A stretch of 64,000 nt of DNA, from the IMG/VR virus record IMGVR_UViG_3300032093_000013; one strand, 5' to 3'. The first letter of the stretch is position 1, and each line of letters begins with the position of its first letter. The notes under the pieces are model-generated. The model did not search any database. It was not told where the DNA came from and was given only the letters and a program-made list of their open reading frames with translations. Shown piece by piece: positions 1 through 10,175 of this stretch. Both the position numbers and the translations under genes were made by a program. The stretch comes from a virus.

Positions 1-153
1 GACGGTGTTGCTGGCACGTTCCCACATTGGCAGGGTCAGCACACGGGTATGAACATTAAAGCAGGCAGTCTCCACCTTCTTGTGCTCAACCACAAGGTCT
101 TCGGTAGCAAGAAGCTTTGCGAGTTGGGACTTGATTTCGTGGCGGACAGTCAT
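1..153 (-). CDS. 5' part of conserved cyanophage peptidase/VWA-like protein (usually upstream of cobS); truncated by window edge
   Basis: Manual translation MTVRHEIKSQLAKLLATEDLVVEHKKVETACFNVHTRVLTLPMWERASNTV; LAKLLATEDL..VEH N-terminus is typical of this T4-like family. Confidence 0.7.
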   Translation of the reverse strand, partial: MTVRHEIKSQLAKLLATEDLVVEHKKVETACFNVHTRVLTLPMWERASNTV

Positions 154-323
154 TTGATTTGAATCGTATGTGTATATGATACAAAAGAACCTCCCTTTTT
201 GGGGGAGGTCATGTGCCGCTTCTTGAAGTGGCTCAGTCGTGCCTTTGCTTGTCGGAGTGCTTGCGGTTTCAGTTTCCGCTTCTGCTCCTTCTTGGAATGG
301 TGGTAGCGGTTGGGGACTTGCAT
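150..323 (-). CDS. small basic hypothetical protein (57 aa)
   Basis: Manual translation MQVPNRYHHSKKEQKRKLKPQALRQAKARLSHFKKR...; start overlaps the gp46 stop and stop overlaps the next ATG. Confidence 0.55.
   Translation of the reverse strand: MQVPNRYHHSKKEQKRKLKPQALRQAKARLSHFKKRHMTSPKKGGSFVSYTHTIQIK
176..235 (-). promoter_or_regulatory. early-type promoter: -10 TATCAT, GC stem-loop and upstream inverted-repeat motif
   Basis: GCCACTT-caag-AAGCGGCAC ends 31 bp before TATCAT, the same geometry as the early promoters at 51.6-63.2 kb. Confidence 0.6.
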
Positions 324-2050
324 TACTCTTGTGCTTGTAAGGACATCATACGGGAAAAACCTTTGACTTTCTCAAACCTTATGACACTTTCAAATTTGTC
401 ATGCAGGTCTGCCTTATGAGAGATGACAAATATATTAGCATCCTTAATGACATAACGAATAATCTTAAGAAACTCATCAGTTCCAAATCCGTCAAGTGAG
501 GAATCAAATACCTCATCCATAATCAGCAGATTTGTATTGACGGAATTTTTGACTCTCGCCACTTCTCTCCAGGTGAAGAGTAGGGCAAGGTCAATTCTCA
601 TTTTTTCACCCTCACTAAAAGAACTATAAGAAAAGTCTTCGTGAATGGGTGACTTTACAGTTTCGTTAAACTCTTCATCAAGATGGAAGTTAATATAAAA
701 ATCCATCATCTGAAGATAACGATTCACCTGCTGATTTATGAACGGAAGATACTTCTTGATTATCTTCGTTTTAACGCCATCGTCCTTGAGTAAGGAATAG
801 GCAAAATCGTAATAAACGATTTCTTCTTTTTTCTTTGAAAGGTCTTCGAATGTTTTTTGGAGATTGGTTTGAAATTCTTCTAACTTCTCATGCTCAGTAT
901 TTCTGTTTGCAAGGTTTTGGGTAATAGTTTGAATTTCAGATTCAAGGTCTCGTATTTGTCTCTGGTTGAGGGAAATCCGAGTATTGTTTTGAGAAATCTC
1001 ATGGTTGAGTTTCGTAATCTCCTTAGAAAGTGCGATGAATTGACGCTCTCTCTCCTGTTCTATTTTTATAGTCTCCTCTAGGTCTTGATAACCTTTCTGG
1101 AGTTCCTTTGCCTTATTTTGAGCGTCTGTAATTCTATTTAACCGAAACTCTTCTTCAATTGTTTGTGTGCAGGTAGGGCAGACCGTATTTTCTGTGAAAA
1201 ACTTATGCTCTTTGGTAATAGCAGATACTTTCTGCGAGATCTTACCCTTCAGATTGTTAAGTTTTACTAACTTATCAGCGGACCCAATGACTTCTTCTTG
1301 TTCCTTCGTATATTTAAAAATATCTTCCTCAATCTTGGCATTTTCGGTCATGTAAATGCCAACTTCGGAATCTAGATTGGTAATCTTTTCTTTATTGGCA
1401 TTGATGTTGGCATTACCACGATTCTCAAGTTCTTCAATAAACTCTTGCTGCATTTTCATCTTATCCTTAAGAGTTTCTTTCTTAAGTTCAAGAGATTTAA
1501 TTTGGTCCTTTTTCTCACGAATCTTATCCTTAATAAGATTATTCATCGCAGAAAAAATACGAATATCCAGAAGGTCCTCAATCACCTCACGACGATGTGA
1601 AGTAGCGAGTTGCATAAACGGCACAAAAGTACTAGAACCCAGAATCACAATCTGAGTAAAAGACTTATAGTTTACCTTAAGAATATTCTCTTCAAGAATT
1701 CTTTGATTGGCACGATCATCTGCTTCTTTATGAAGTGGATTACCATTTACCTCAATATCAAAAATATTTGGTTTGATTCCCCGGCGAACAAGATAATCTC
1801 TATTGTTCACAGAGAATTCAATTTCCACAAGACAATCTTTTTCGTTAGTCGTATTGACTAACTGTGGTTTATTAATCTTACGAAAAGGTTTATTAAACAA
1901 AACAAAAGTAAGTGCATCCAGGATTGTAGATTTACCTGCACCATTTGTTCCAATAATTAAATTTGTATTGTGTTTTTCAAAATCAACTTCCGTCCACTGA
2001 TTCCCAGTGGAAAGAAAATTTTTCCATTTAATCTTGTGAAATACTAACAT
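323..2050 (-). CDS. gp46: recombination endonuclease subunit (SbcC/Rad50-like ATPase)
   Basis: Walker A GTNGAGKST, CPTC zinc hook, FSEGE signature, IMDEVFD Walker B, coiled coil. Confidence 0.97.
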   Translation of the reverse strand: MLVFHKIKWKNFLSTGNQWTEVDFEKHNTNLIIGTNGAGKSTILDALTFVLFNKPFRKINKPQLVNTTNEKDCLVEIEFSVNNRDYLVRRGIKPNIFDIEVNGNPLHKEADDRANQRILEENILKVNYKSFTQIVILGSSTFVPFMQLATSHRREVIEDLLDIRIFSAMNNLIKDKIREKKDQIKSLELKKETLKDKMKMQQEFIEELENRGNANINANKEKITNLDSEVGIYMTENAKIEEDIFKYTKEQEEVIGSADKLVKLNNLKGKISQKVSAITKEHKFFTENTVCPTCTQTIEEEFRLNRITDAQNKAKELQKGYQDLEETIKIEQERERQFIALSKEITKLNHEISQNNTRISLNQRQIRDLESEIQTITQNLANRNTEHEKLEEFQTNLQKTFEDLSKKKEEIVYYDFAYSLLKDDGVKTKIIKKYLPFINQQVNRYLQMMDFYINFHLDEEFNETVKSPIHEDFSYSSFSEGEKMRIDLALLFTWREVARVKNSVNTNLLIMDEVFDSSLDGFGTDEFLKIIRYVIKDANIFVISHKADLHDKFESVIRFEKVKGFSRMMSLQAQE

Positions 2051-2303
2051 TCTTAGGAGGAATAACGATATCGTCAGGAGTGATCACAGCATAGCGATAA
2101 TTATACATCTTACACGTCTTTATGGCAAGTTCGTCATCAACCTCTACAACATCCATTACAGTTTTTTCTTGGTCCTCCAACATTAAAGCATATCGAGTCG
2201 CATCGTCTTCTTCTTCAAAGAGAAATAAGACTTTTTCACCATATCGATTTTGCACTGCATATGCACCATCATCTTTTCTGTCTTTGAGTGTGAGAAGAAA
2301 CAT
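2028..2303 (-). CDS. conserved cyanophage hypothetical protein
   Basis: 91-aa ORF coupled between gp47 and gp46; LFEEEDDA.RYA motif. Confidence 0.8.
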   Translation of the reverse strand: MFLLTLKDRKDDGAYAVQNRYGEKVLFLFEEEDDATRYALMLEDQEKTVMDVVEVDDELAIKTCKMYNYRYAVITPDDIVIPPKNVSISQD

Positions 2304-3341
2304 TTACTCTACCTCGCAAGCTTGTCTATAGAGATCTTGAAAAATACCTTTGATAATATTTTTATCAAACTCAAATTCTGCTTCGTCAATATAACGATTT
2401 AGAATTGACATTGTATTTTCTTCTTCATCAATTTCAAAATCTTCACTTTCTTGAATATCAAAGTTTTCAACAATTTTAAGATCTTGAACACCTATGGTGT
2501 AAAGTTTATCAATGAATTTTTCAAAGTCTTTTGGTTTGGTCTTCTTACGAACAATTACCTTGACAATTTTATTTTCATAATCTGTAGCATCAAACATTTG
2601 ATGTGGAGTATCCTCATAATAAATGTTATAGAATAATTTATAAGGATTGTTAATTGGAGTATGCTCTAGAGTTTCTGTATCAAAAATATGAAATCCACGA
2701 GTGTCATTTACATCATTCCAATACATCTCATAAGTATTACCCAGATAAAAGATTTTTCCATTGTCAGAGCGAGTATGATAATGTCCAGAAAATACTTTCT
2801 GAAACTTATCAAAAATCTTTGGATCAGTTCCATGCTCTTCCATTACAAGATTTCGATTTACACGGAAACCTTGTAACTCCAGATGACCCATTGCAATTTT
2901 TGCTTTGGATTTTTTGATTTGCTTTATCGTTTCATCATAGTTATCACTGCAAATCCAAGGCACCATCATAATGTCAAGACCACCAACTTTGATTGTTTGT
3001 GGATAACTATAGGTTTTAATATTGGAGTAATTCTGAAGAAGAAGCGATGGTGAATTGACGTGATTGGTATTTTTAAAGTAACAATCGTGATTGCCCACAA
3101 TCATATGAACTTCGTGATTTTTAAGAGGTTCAAATACTACACGCTTTGCCCATTCTAAACTTTGATAATCAATTGACTTGCGACTATCAAAGGCATCACC
3201 CATATGAATGACTGTTTTAATTCCATGCTCCTCTAAAGCAGGAAAGAAGACATTCTTATAGAAGAGTTCAAAGTGATCGTGGAGATACTTTGATCCTTTG
3301 CGACACCCGTAGTGAGTGTCAGTTAAAATTGCTACCTTCAT
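2304..3341 (-). CDS. gp47: recombination endonuclease subunit (SbcD/Mre11-like)
   Basis: Metallophosphoesterase motifs DTHYG, GDAFD, GNHD, GHYH; adjacent to gp46. Confidence 0.97.
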   Translation of the reverse strand: MKVAILTDTHYGCRKGSKYLHDHFELFYKNVFFPALEEHGIKTVIHMGDAFDSRKSIDYQSLEWAKRVVFEPLKNHEVHMIVGNHDCYFKNTNHVNSPSLLLQNYSNIKTYSYPQTIKVGGLDIMMVPWICSDNYDETIKQIKKSKAKIAMGHLELQGFRVNRNLVMEEHGTDPKIFDKFQKVFSGHYHTRSDNGKIFYLGNTYEMYWNDVNDTRGFHIFDTETLEHTPINNPYKLFYNIYYEDTPHQMFDATDYENKIVKVIVRKKTKPKDFEKFIDKLYTIGVQDLKIVENFDIQESEDFEIDEEENTMSILNRYIDEAEFEFDKNIIKGIFQDLYRQACEVE

Positions 3342-3814
3342 CGGTTATTTCTGTATTGAATAGCATCTTTCATACTATTATAATCGGAATTGCTTCCAGA
3401 AAGCAAGTTGTCATCAATCATCATAACCTCATCATAACCAGTGCGTTCGATGATCTTGGTTTTAATTTCCAGTTGCTTCTTCTCCTTCTGAATACGACGA
3501 AGAAATGCATAGTGAATAATTTGAGTAAAGTAGGCAAAAGGATTACTTGATTTTTGTGGATCAAAATTGTGAATATATTGAACGCAATTTTCTATGCCAT
3601 CAGAAATCATATCATCCCGAAACATATAATTCACAAAGTTAGGTTTATAAGAAAGATGCGTGGCAATCTTAAGAAAACACTCTCCCAAATAATTTGTAAT
3701 ACGTGGTTTTGGAAGTCCTTGCTCTTTAGCAGCAGCAACCTTTGTCCTATAAACAATCAATGCTTCAAGTAACTCTTTGTTATTTACATAATGTTCTGAT
3801 TTCTTTTTTGGCAT
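3338..3814 (-). CDS. gp55: late-transcription sigma factor
   Basis: HYVNNKE, NFVNYMFRDDMISDG, NPFAYFTQI motifs. Confidence 0.97.
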   Translation of the reverse strand: MPKKKSEHYVNNKELLEALIVYRTKVAAAKEQGLPKPRITNYLGECFLKIATHLSYKPNFVNYMFRDDMISDGIENCVQYIHNFDPQKSSNPFAYFTQIIHYAFLRRIQKEKKQLEIKTKIIERTGYDEVMMIDDNLLSGSNSDYNSMKDAIQYRNNR

Positions 3815-3850
3815 AACAAGTCCATCTTTTACTTAATATAAGTTGAATTA

Positions 3851-3880
3851 ATTATACCACATAAATCAAGGGCTTGACAA
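3851..3880 (-). promoter_or_regulatory. sigma70-type promoter for gp55
   Basis: TTGTCA-18-TATAAT with extended TG. Confidence 0.65.
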
Positions 3881-3902
3881 GTATCAAAAATATGTGTAGA
3901 CT
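3874..3902 (+). promoter_or_regulatory. antisense sigma70-type promoter
   Basis: TTGACA-17-TAGACT, overlapping and divergent from the gp55 promoter. Confidence 0.55.
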
Positions 3903-3928
3903 AGGTTTGTCTCCATTGAAGATAAGTT

Positions 3929-4345
3929 TTAGCTTTCTTTATTATCTTTAAGGTCTTTGAGAAAAATATCTTCGAGTGACTTACGAGAATTCTCTACTGA
4001 CCCCAGATATCCCATTTTATCAGATATTGAAACTTTACCGTTAGATTCAATTTCAATATCACTATCATCTTCAAGATATCGTAGATAAAAATCAATTGTA
4101 GATTGATTTTTAATTTCAGTCATTGTAATGATTCTATCAAACTTAATAAAAAAGATATCATCATTAGGTATTTCCATCCAAGGTTTTATTTTTACATACA
4201 TACCAACATAATTTGTATATACTTTCATTATAACTGGATTTTGAAGAATGATAATTGGATCTCCATTATTTTCATCGACAGAAATAAGAGAAAATATTTC
4301 TTCGCCACTAATTAATTTGATTGCTGCGTAAAACTCATCTCCCAT
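3929..4345 (-). CDS. conserved hypothetical protein (possibly Sm-like fold)
   Basis: IKLISGEEI...KPWM motif; conserved position downstream of uvsW. Confidence 0.8.
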   Translation of the reverse strand: MGDEFYAAIKLISGEEIFSLISVDENNGDPIIILQNPVIMKVYTNYVGMYVKIKPWMEIPNDDIFFIKFDRIITMTEIKNQSTIDFYLRYLEDDSDIEIESNGKVSISDKMGYLGSVENSRKSLEDIFLKDLKDNKES

Positions 4346-5808
4346 TAGTTTTTAAGCGGTATGTTTACAATATCATAATTAAAGTTTTCTTCATTGTAAA
4401 TTTTAATTCTTTCGATTAAATGATTGAGCGTATAATTTTTTCTTGACTTATAACTGATATCATCGGCAATGTCATATAGAGTTGCTTTTGTCTTATTATC
4501 GGATTTTCTTAAGACTCTTCCGATTGATTGGAGGTTTCTGATTCTTGATTTACTAGGGGAAGCAAAGATGACATTATGTAGATTTCTGATGTTAATACCA
4601 GTAGAAAAAGTCCCGTAAGAAGCAACAATGATAGCATTGTTTTCTTTTTCAGTAATTTCTCTGACTTTTTCTCGGTCCTCAGTATTCACTCCACCATGTA
4701 CAAAAAACACTTGTCTGGTTTCAGTTTTGCTATTATTTATGAGTTCGTATAATGGTTGTCCATGACCCTCAACTCTTGAGAAAAGAATTAATGTATTTCC
4801 TTTTAAATCAAGAGCAAGATTTCGAATGAATTTATTTCTCTTTTCATGATTGATAATATATTGCACTTCATCTTCAAAAGTTTCAAATTTATTTGGTGAA
4901 TGCTTAAGTAATAAAATATTGATGTCAAGTGTTGCTACGTGCCCTTTCTTCATTAACTCATCAGTTTTAATGATTTTATAAGAGGGACCGAATAGACCTT
5001 CTAAAACCCATTTGTGCGTTTGTGTGCCATCTAAAGTTCCTGTGAATCCAAAACGATATTTTGCATCGAAAAGTTTTGTCATTATAGATACTAATGACTT
5101 GGATTTAAAATTATGAGCTTCATCACCAACTACTACATTAAATCTTGAAAAATATTGTTTAGGTAGTTTATAAATCGATTGCCAAGTTGTAATAATTACT
5201 TGAGAATCAGTTTCCCTTTCTTTTCCGGCGTAGATTTTGTGGCAAAATGATCCCACATCCCATCCATAATCTGCAAAATCTTTATACATCTGCTCTACAA
5301 GGGATGTCGTTGGAACGACTATCAAAATATTTTGTTCTTTCTCAACGTAATATCTTACAATCGAATATATCATCAACGACTTTCCAGAGGCAGTTGGAGA
5401 TATCAACAACTTTCGATTATGTCTTAAAGCGTCGTATACTCCCTCAACTTGGTAATCGCGGGGAGCATACTTGCAAATAGAATTCATATAGTCTTTTACA
5501 CCTTCTTTTGAAATCATCTCATTGACTTCAAAAGGAAGACCATAGTACTTATTGTTTCTAAACTCATAAGTATAATTATGTTGCTCACAAAATCTTATAA
5601 GTTTATCTAATAGACCAACGTATATTTCTTGAGTATTAATATTAAACAAATAAATGTGACCATCCCACCACCTATTCTTATAAGCGGGAGCAAACTTTGC
5701 ATTTGGTACTTCAAACTGAAATGCATCTCTTAATTCATAATAGACGTGTGCTTCTGCCTCAACTTGAAGATATACCTCATTCTTTTTTGATATGACCAAA
5801 TGTGACAT
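4345..5808 (-). CDS. uvsW: RNA-DNA/DNA helicase UvsW
   Basis: SPTASGKS, DEAH, GFTGT, QSIGRVLR SF2 motifs. Confidence 0.97.
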   Translation of the reverse strand: MSHLVISKKNEVYLQVEAEAHVYYELRDAFQFEVPNAKFAPAYKNRWWDGHIYLFNINTQEIYVGLLDKLIRFCEQHNYTYEFRNNKYYGLPFEVNEMISKEGVKDYMNSICKYAPRDYQVEGVYDALRHNRKLLISPTASGKSLMIYSIVRYYVEKEQNILIVVPTTSLVEQMYKDFADYGWDVGSFCHKIYAGKERETDSQVIITTWQSIYKLPKQYFSRFNVVVGDEAHNFKSKSLVSIMTKLFDAKYRFGFTGTLDGTQTHKWVLEGLFGPSYKIIKTDELMKKGHVATLDINILLLKHSPNKFETFEDEVQYIINHEKRNKFIRNLALDLKGNTLILFSRVEGHGQPLYELINNSKTETRQVFFVHGGVNTEDREKVREITEKENNAIIVASYGTFSTGINIRNLHNVIFASPSKSRIRNLQSIGRVLRKSDNKTKATLYDIADDISYKSRKNYTLNHLIERIKIYNEENFNYDIVNIPLKN

Positions 5809-5840
5809 TCATAAAATATCAGTTATGAATATTTATTTCG

Positions 5841-6272
5841 TCAGTTAAACCCCGATTGAAACCTGTGCCATTCCAGAGCGTTCTTTATTTGAAACGTTCT
5901 ATTTGATATACACTTAATAATCTCTTCCAAAAACTTTAACATAATGTCATAGTATCTAATTTTGAGTTCTACTTTATTCAGTCTCTCATCAGCGTCCATA
6001 TGCCTCTGTAACGCTTCTTTGTCTCTAACTTTATACGGAAATGGTTCTTCTATATAAACCTCTGCAGGTGCCTTTCCCGTGTAATAGTTGTATCGTTCAA
6101 GTTTAACTCTATTGAAAGTTTCTCTTGCTTTCTCACGAAGAAGAGTAATTGTATTGTAAATGGTATAATATTTGGAATGAAGTTGGGGAATTTTTAAAGA
6201 TTCATCGTGCAAATTATCAGGGTCAATGACAGCATCTCTCTGCCACATTTCCTGAATTTCATCAAGTGTCAT
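5841..6272 (-). CDS. uvsY: recombination mediator UvsY
   Basis: LHSKYY, YYTGKA, RTFQIKNALEW motifs; synteny. Confidence 0.93.
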   Translation of the reverse strand: MTLDEIQEMWQRDAVIDPDNLHDESLKIPQLHSKYYTIYNTITLLREKARETFNRVKLERYNYYTGKAPAEVYIEEPFPYKVRDKEALQRHMDADERLNKVELKIRYYDIMLKFLEEIIKCISNRTFQIKNALEWHRFQSGFN

Positions 6273-6814
6273 AGAGGTTGTCCAGTTTCGCTCAAGATAT
6301 TGTAGATAGTATACTTGAAAGATACCTCTGCTGTAAAGTACTGGATGTCGGTTTGTGTGGAGTCAAATTCCAACGATGTCAAAGAGACCGGAAATAAATC
6401 TTTAAATTTTACTATTGAGTTTGTATTATAATTGCTATCTAAAATATAAAGACTTCCATCACTAAATGCTCTTTTAGAATCTTGCAGTCCATCATCATTT
6501 GTAATTAATTCTTTATATTGCCCCGTGGTTTCTGGAAATCCCAATCCAGTTAACCAATTATGGACAACCATATAATTCATCATATCTTCATCGACTAAAA
6601 ACCTTAAAGATAAGTCGCCGTATTGAAGTTTGCCGCCTGGAACATCAATATCCTTAAGATATGATGGTTGCTGAACCAATGAAAGTGTAATTTCTGGTAT
6701 TCTTGCCGAGTTGCAAAAGAAACTTACCTTTGGTTCTTTTGCAAGAGTAAAATTAAAACCAACTGGTGAAAGAAAGTTTCGGTTTTGTATCTGATTTCGA
6801 TAAGCAGACGCCAT
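6269..6814 (-). CDS. gp3: tail completion / tube terminator protein
   Basis: NFLSPVGF, FLVDEDM.NY, FPVSL motifs; follows gp23. Confidence 0.88.
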   Translation of the reverse strand: MASAYRNQIQNRNFLSPVGFNFTLAKEPKVSFFCNSARIPEITLSLVQQPSYLKDIDVPGGKLQYGDLSLRFLVDEDMMNYMVVHNWLTGLGFPETTGQYKELITNDDGLQDSKRAFSDGSLYILDSNYNTNSIVKFKDLFPVSLTSLEFDSTQTDIQYFTAEVSFKYTIYNILSETGQPL

Positions 6815-6836
6815 AATGTTTTATTGATATTTAGAT

Positions 6837-6865
6837 AAAAAAAGAGGGTCCCGAAGGACCCTCTT
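6837..6865 (-). terminator. intrinsic terminator after gp23 (cUUCGg tetraloop)
   Basis: AAGAGGGTCC-TTCG-GGACCCTCTT followed by a T-run. Confidence 0.92.
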
Positions 6866-6884
6866 GAAAGAGTTGTAAACTAAC

Positions 6885-8279
6885 TCACATTAAGTTAGCA
6901 ACCTTAACTCTTCTGTAGTAGGTGTTTGCATTGGTGGTCAGAGCACCAGCGCCAGCGGTAAGACCCTCAGCGAATGGGTTTGCAACCATTCCGTAACGGG
7001 TCTTAAAGCCGATTTTAGGCTGGAAGGTGTTCTCGCCAACAGCACGTACCATCTGCAGAGGAACGTATGGGCAGTAGAAGAGACCAGCGTCATATGGGCT
7101 AGAACCCTTATAACCGACAACGTAGAACTGGTTAGCAGAAACGTTTGCCGAATATGGGTCAATGTAGACGCGATACTTACCTTGAAGAACTCCAGCAAAA
7201 GTATTGCCGGTGTCATCAACGTTGAGGTTTGCGTTGAGTGCAGGGGTGTAATCGAGGACACCTGCCATTGCAAGTGCTGAAGCAACGTCAGCAGAGCAAA
7301 GGATGGTGTTACCCTTTCCTCTACGAGTTTGCTGGGCGATTGCGTTTGCATCGCGCTCGATTTGGAAAATCAGACCCTTGAACTTCTCAACCGACCAACG
7401 ACCGTTGGAGTCAACGTCGAGGTCAAAAGTACCTGCGGTAGCGGTATTAACTTGAGCACCAGGCTTAGCAATCTTGTAGATGGTTCTGATAACTTCGCGG
7501 TTGATTTCAGCAAGAATCTCAGTTGAGAGAATGTTTGCTAATTCCGCTTCAGCATTCAGACCATGGATTGCCTTGAGGTCCTGAGCAAGCTCAAGTGAGT
7601 ACTCGGCTTTCAGAGCACGTGACTTTGCAGTAACAGTGACTTTCTCAATCGAGAATGCCATCTGGTTAAACTGGTCAGATTCGCCAAGCGATTCTGATTC
7701 GTCAGTTCTCATTCCTTGACCAACGTTATACTGGTTAGCGCCAGTAGCGTTGTTTGCTTGGTTGGTTGGGTCAAGTACTGATGGGTTGGTGCCGCCTTGA
7801 GCGGTAGTACCCATACCGACTGAACCACCGGTCCAACCGTTGGTGTTATTGAATCCGGAATCCTGACCAGAGAATGCTGAATCAACTTCGTTATAGAAGG
7901 TCTCGTTTCCAGCCTGGCTGGTGTAACGTGAGCGCATTGCGAAGATGAGTCCGGTAGGACCATTCATTGGTTGAACGCCACAGAGATCGTAGGCGATCAG
8001 GTTAGGCATTGAACGTCTGATTAGTGAAATCAGAACGGGGTCAAAACCTTGCATAGCACCGGTTGTTGCAGCACCCAGACCAGGATTTGCGCCTGAAGCA
8101 GTGCTGTTGGTTGGTGATTCGTAGAGAAACTCACGCTCTTCACGGAGTGCTCTTTCTTGGTTTTCTAACAGGATAGCGGTTACAGCTCTACGATGTGAAT
8201 CTTTGAAAGAATCAAGACCTTCGTAGTCAAGGAGCGGAGCCCACTTCTCCTGCAGTGATTCTAGGTTGAATCCTTGCAT
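6885..8279 (-). CDS. gp23: major capsid protein
   Basis: GVQPMNGPTGLIFAMR, KSRALKAEYS, YCPYVPLQM, GFKTRYG motifs. Confidence 0.99.
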   Translation of the reverse strand: MQGFNLESLQEKWAPLLDYEGLDSFKDSHRRAVTAILLENQERALREEREFLYESPTNSTASGANPGLGAATTGAMQGFDPVLISLIRRSMPNLIAYDLCGVQPMNGPTGLIFAMRSRYTSQAGNETFYNEVDSAFSGQDSGFNNTNGWTGGSVGMGTTAQGGTNPSVLDPTNQANNATGANQYNVGQGMRTDESESLGESDQFNQMAFSIEKVTVTAKSRALKAEYSLELAQDLKAIHGLNAEAELANILSTEILAEINREVIRTIYKIAKPGAQVNTATAGTFDLDVDSNGRWSVEKFKGLIFQIERDANAIAQQTRRGKGNTILCSADVASALAMAGVLDYTPALNANLNVDDTGNTFAGVLQGKYRVYIDPYSANVSANQFYVVGYKGSSPYDAGLFYCPYVPLQMVRAVGENTFQPKIGFKTRYGMVANPFAEGLTAGAGALTTNANTYYRRVKVANLM

Positions 8280-8328
8280 TTGTGTTTACCTCTTTAAAAG
8301 TGTTGTTGTTTGATTTATGATTTAAAAA

Positions 8329-9483
8329 TCACTTTTTAGAAACTCTTTGGAGAGTCTGAAGATATGCACCCATTGTGCCACTAACCGATTGAATATTCAG
8401 ATTAGTTTCTTCCGACAGATTTTCACTAGCGTTTCTTTGAGTACCAGCGGTTCTGGTTGGGAAATAAGATTCCCTCAGAGTTACTAGTTTCTCACGATAG
8501 CTCTCTTCACCATCAAACTCAACATTTTCGGCAAGAGAAGCGAGTTTGTCCTTTTGAGAAAGTGCAAGACCCTCAGCGACTTCAGCAAAAATTACATCAG
8601 AAACTGACTCGGCTAATCTTTTATTTAGAGCAACATTTCTTTCAATTTGCTCGTTGAGTTTTTCTTCCATTTCATCAAGTTTATCTACCATGCTCTCGAT
8701 GACATCATATCTATCTTCAGGGATTGTTACATAATGATCTTCAAAAAGACCCTTCATTCCTTGGAGGAATGATTCGGTCATTTCGGTCTTAAGACCGTGC
8801 TCAACTGCGAGTGCATTTTCTTGAATCCACTCGTCAGCAACATACTCAAGGTATGCGTCAACACGCTCTACAAGACCTTCTTTAATTGATTGAATTTCTT
8901 CTACAAGAGTCTGCTCATATGCCTCTTCAAGTTGCTCTTTAATTTCAGCAACTTTTGATCTGATAGCAGATTCAAAAATGATACGTGCCTTTTCTTGGAA
9001 TTCTTCGGAGAGTTCTTCACCTTCAAGAAGAGCATTGACATCTTCTTCGATATCAAATTCTTCTTTCATTTCATCTTCATCATCTTCTTCACCAGGCTCT
9101 TCTTTGCCTTTTTTATGCTTACCCTCTTTATGCTTGCCACCCTCATCTTTTCCTTTTTCGGGTGCCTCATCCTCATCTTCTTCAGCAGCTTCGGAAACTA
9201 CTTCCTCTTCATCTTCTGCTTCCTCTTTGACTCCTTGCATAGGCATTGCTGCTTGTGCTTTCGCATTAACAACATCCTTTACTTGAGCAAGAGTTGCAGC
9301 AGGAGTCTTTAATTCTGCTGAACTATCATCGGGCTTGTAATTTTCTGGAGTAGGACCACCGAGATCTTCCCAACCAGCAGTTTGACCAGGAGTAGTCCCA
9401 GTCAGTTTGTGCATTGGCTCGGCAGGTGCAGCCCCTTTGGTTACTACGTTTTCCATTTCTTGTAAATTGCTACCAACGGACAT
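8329..9483 (-). CDS. gp22: prohead core scaffold protein
   Basis: Acidic, LSEEFQEKA..IFE, YLEYVADEW motifs; between gp21 and gp23. Confidence 0.93.
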   Translation of the reverse strand: MSVGSNLQEMENVVTKGAAPAEPMHKLTGTTPGQTAGWEDLGGPTPENYKPDDSSAELKTPAATLAQVKDVVNAKAQAAMPMQGVKEEAEDEEEVVSEAAEEDEDEAPEKGKDEGGKHKEGKHKKGKEEPGEEDDEDEMKEEFDIEEDVNALLEGEELSEEFQEKARIIFESAIRSKVAEIKEQLEEAYEQTLVEEIQSIKEGLVERVDAYLEYVADEWIQENALAVEHGLKTEMTESFLQGMKGLFEDHYVTIPEDRYDVIESMVDKLDEMEEKLNEQIERNVALNKRLAESVSDVIFAEVAEGLALSQKDKLASLAENVEFDGEESYREKLVTLRESYFPTRTAGTQRNASENLSEETNLNIQSVSGTMGAYLQTLQRVSKK

Positions 9484-9513
9484 TTTTTTTAGATCTTGTA
9501 TTTAATCTATATT

Positions 9514-9521
9514 TATTTATA
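9514..9521 (-). promoter_or_regulatory. T4 late promoter
   Basis: TATAAATA upstream of gp22. Confidence 0.85.
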
Positions 9522-9523
9522 AT

Positions 9524-10174
9524 TTACAGATTTGAAAGAAATTCGTTGAATAGATTCAACTTATGCTCTTCAAGTCTTTTTTGGTCAACAAGAGTGTTAA
9601 TTCTTCTTTGTGTTTGTTCGGCAAGTTTTTCACGAAGAATACCACCTTCCCAAATCCACTCTTTACCCTCCATAATTCCAGAAACAAAAGCATCTGGAGC
9701 AGAAGGATCTGCTACAATATCAGCAGCAGTTGCAAGCATAAAATCTTCACCAACAATTTTGTGACCCTCATTGGTCATTCTCAATGATCCAACTCCACGA
9801 GAAGAAACACCGAGACAAACTCCCTCACTAATGAGAGACTTTGCAATCTTACCCATAGGAGTTTCAAGAACCAATGCTTTTCCTTTAAAATTGTTTCCTT
9901 CGCGGGTAAGAGAAACAATTTTATGAGAAACGCGATCAAGATTTACAGTTGGTCCATCAGGGTGACCAAGTTCTCCGAGAGCACGACCCTTTTGAATAAA
10001 GTTTTCATTGTATCTGCCAACCTCTTTACTCAGAGTTGCCATCGGATACATTCTTCCATTACGATTGCAAATATCACCTTGAAGGAAAATACCCTCAATG
10101 TATAGATTTTTTTTATTACCTACTTTTTCGGTAATAAACTCTACTTTTTGAATTTCTTCTGTGATGAGTTTCAT
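9524..10174 (-). CDS. gp21: prohead protease
   Basis: NRNGRMYP, GELGHP, GVSSRGVGS, DIVADPSAPDA. Confidence 0.97.
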   Translation of the reverse strand: MKLITEEIQKVEFITEKVGNKKNLYIEGIFLQGDICNRNGRMYPMATLSKEVGRYNENFIQKGRALGELGHPDGPTVNLDRVSHKIVSLTREGNNFKGKALVLETPMGKIAKSLISEGVCLGVSSRGVGSLRMTNEGHKIVGEDFMLATAADIVADPSAPDAFVSGIMEGKEWIWEGGILREKLAEQTQRRINTLVDQKRLEEHKLNLFNEFLSNL

Positions 10175-10175
10175 T

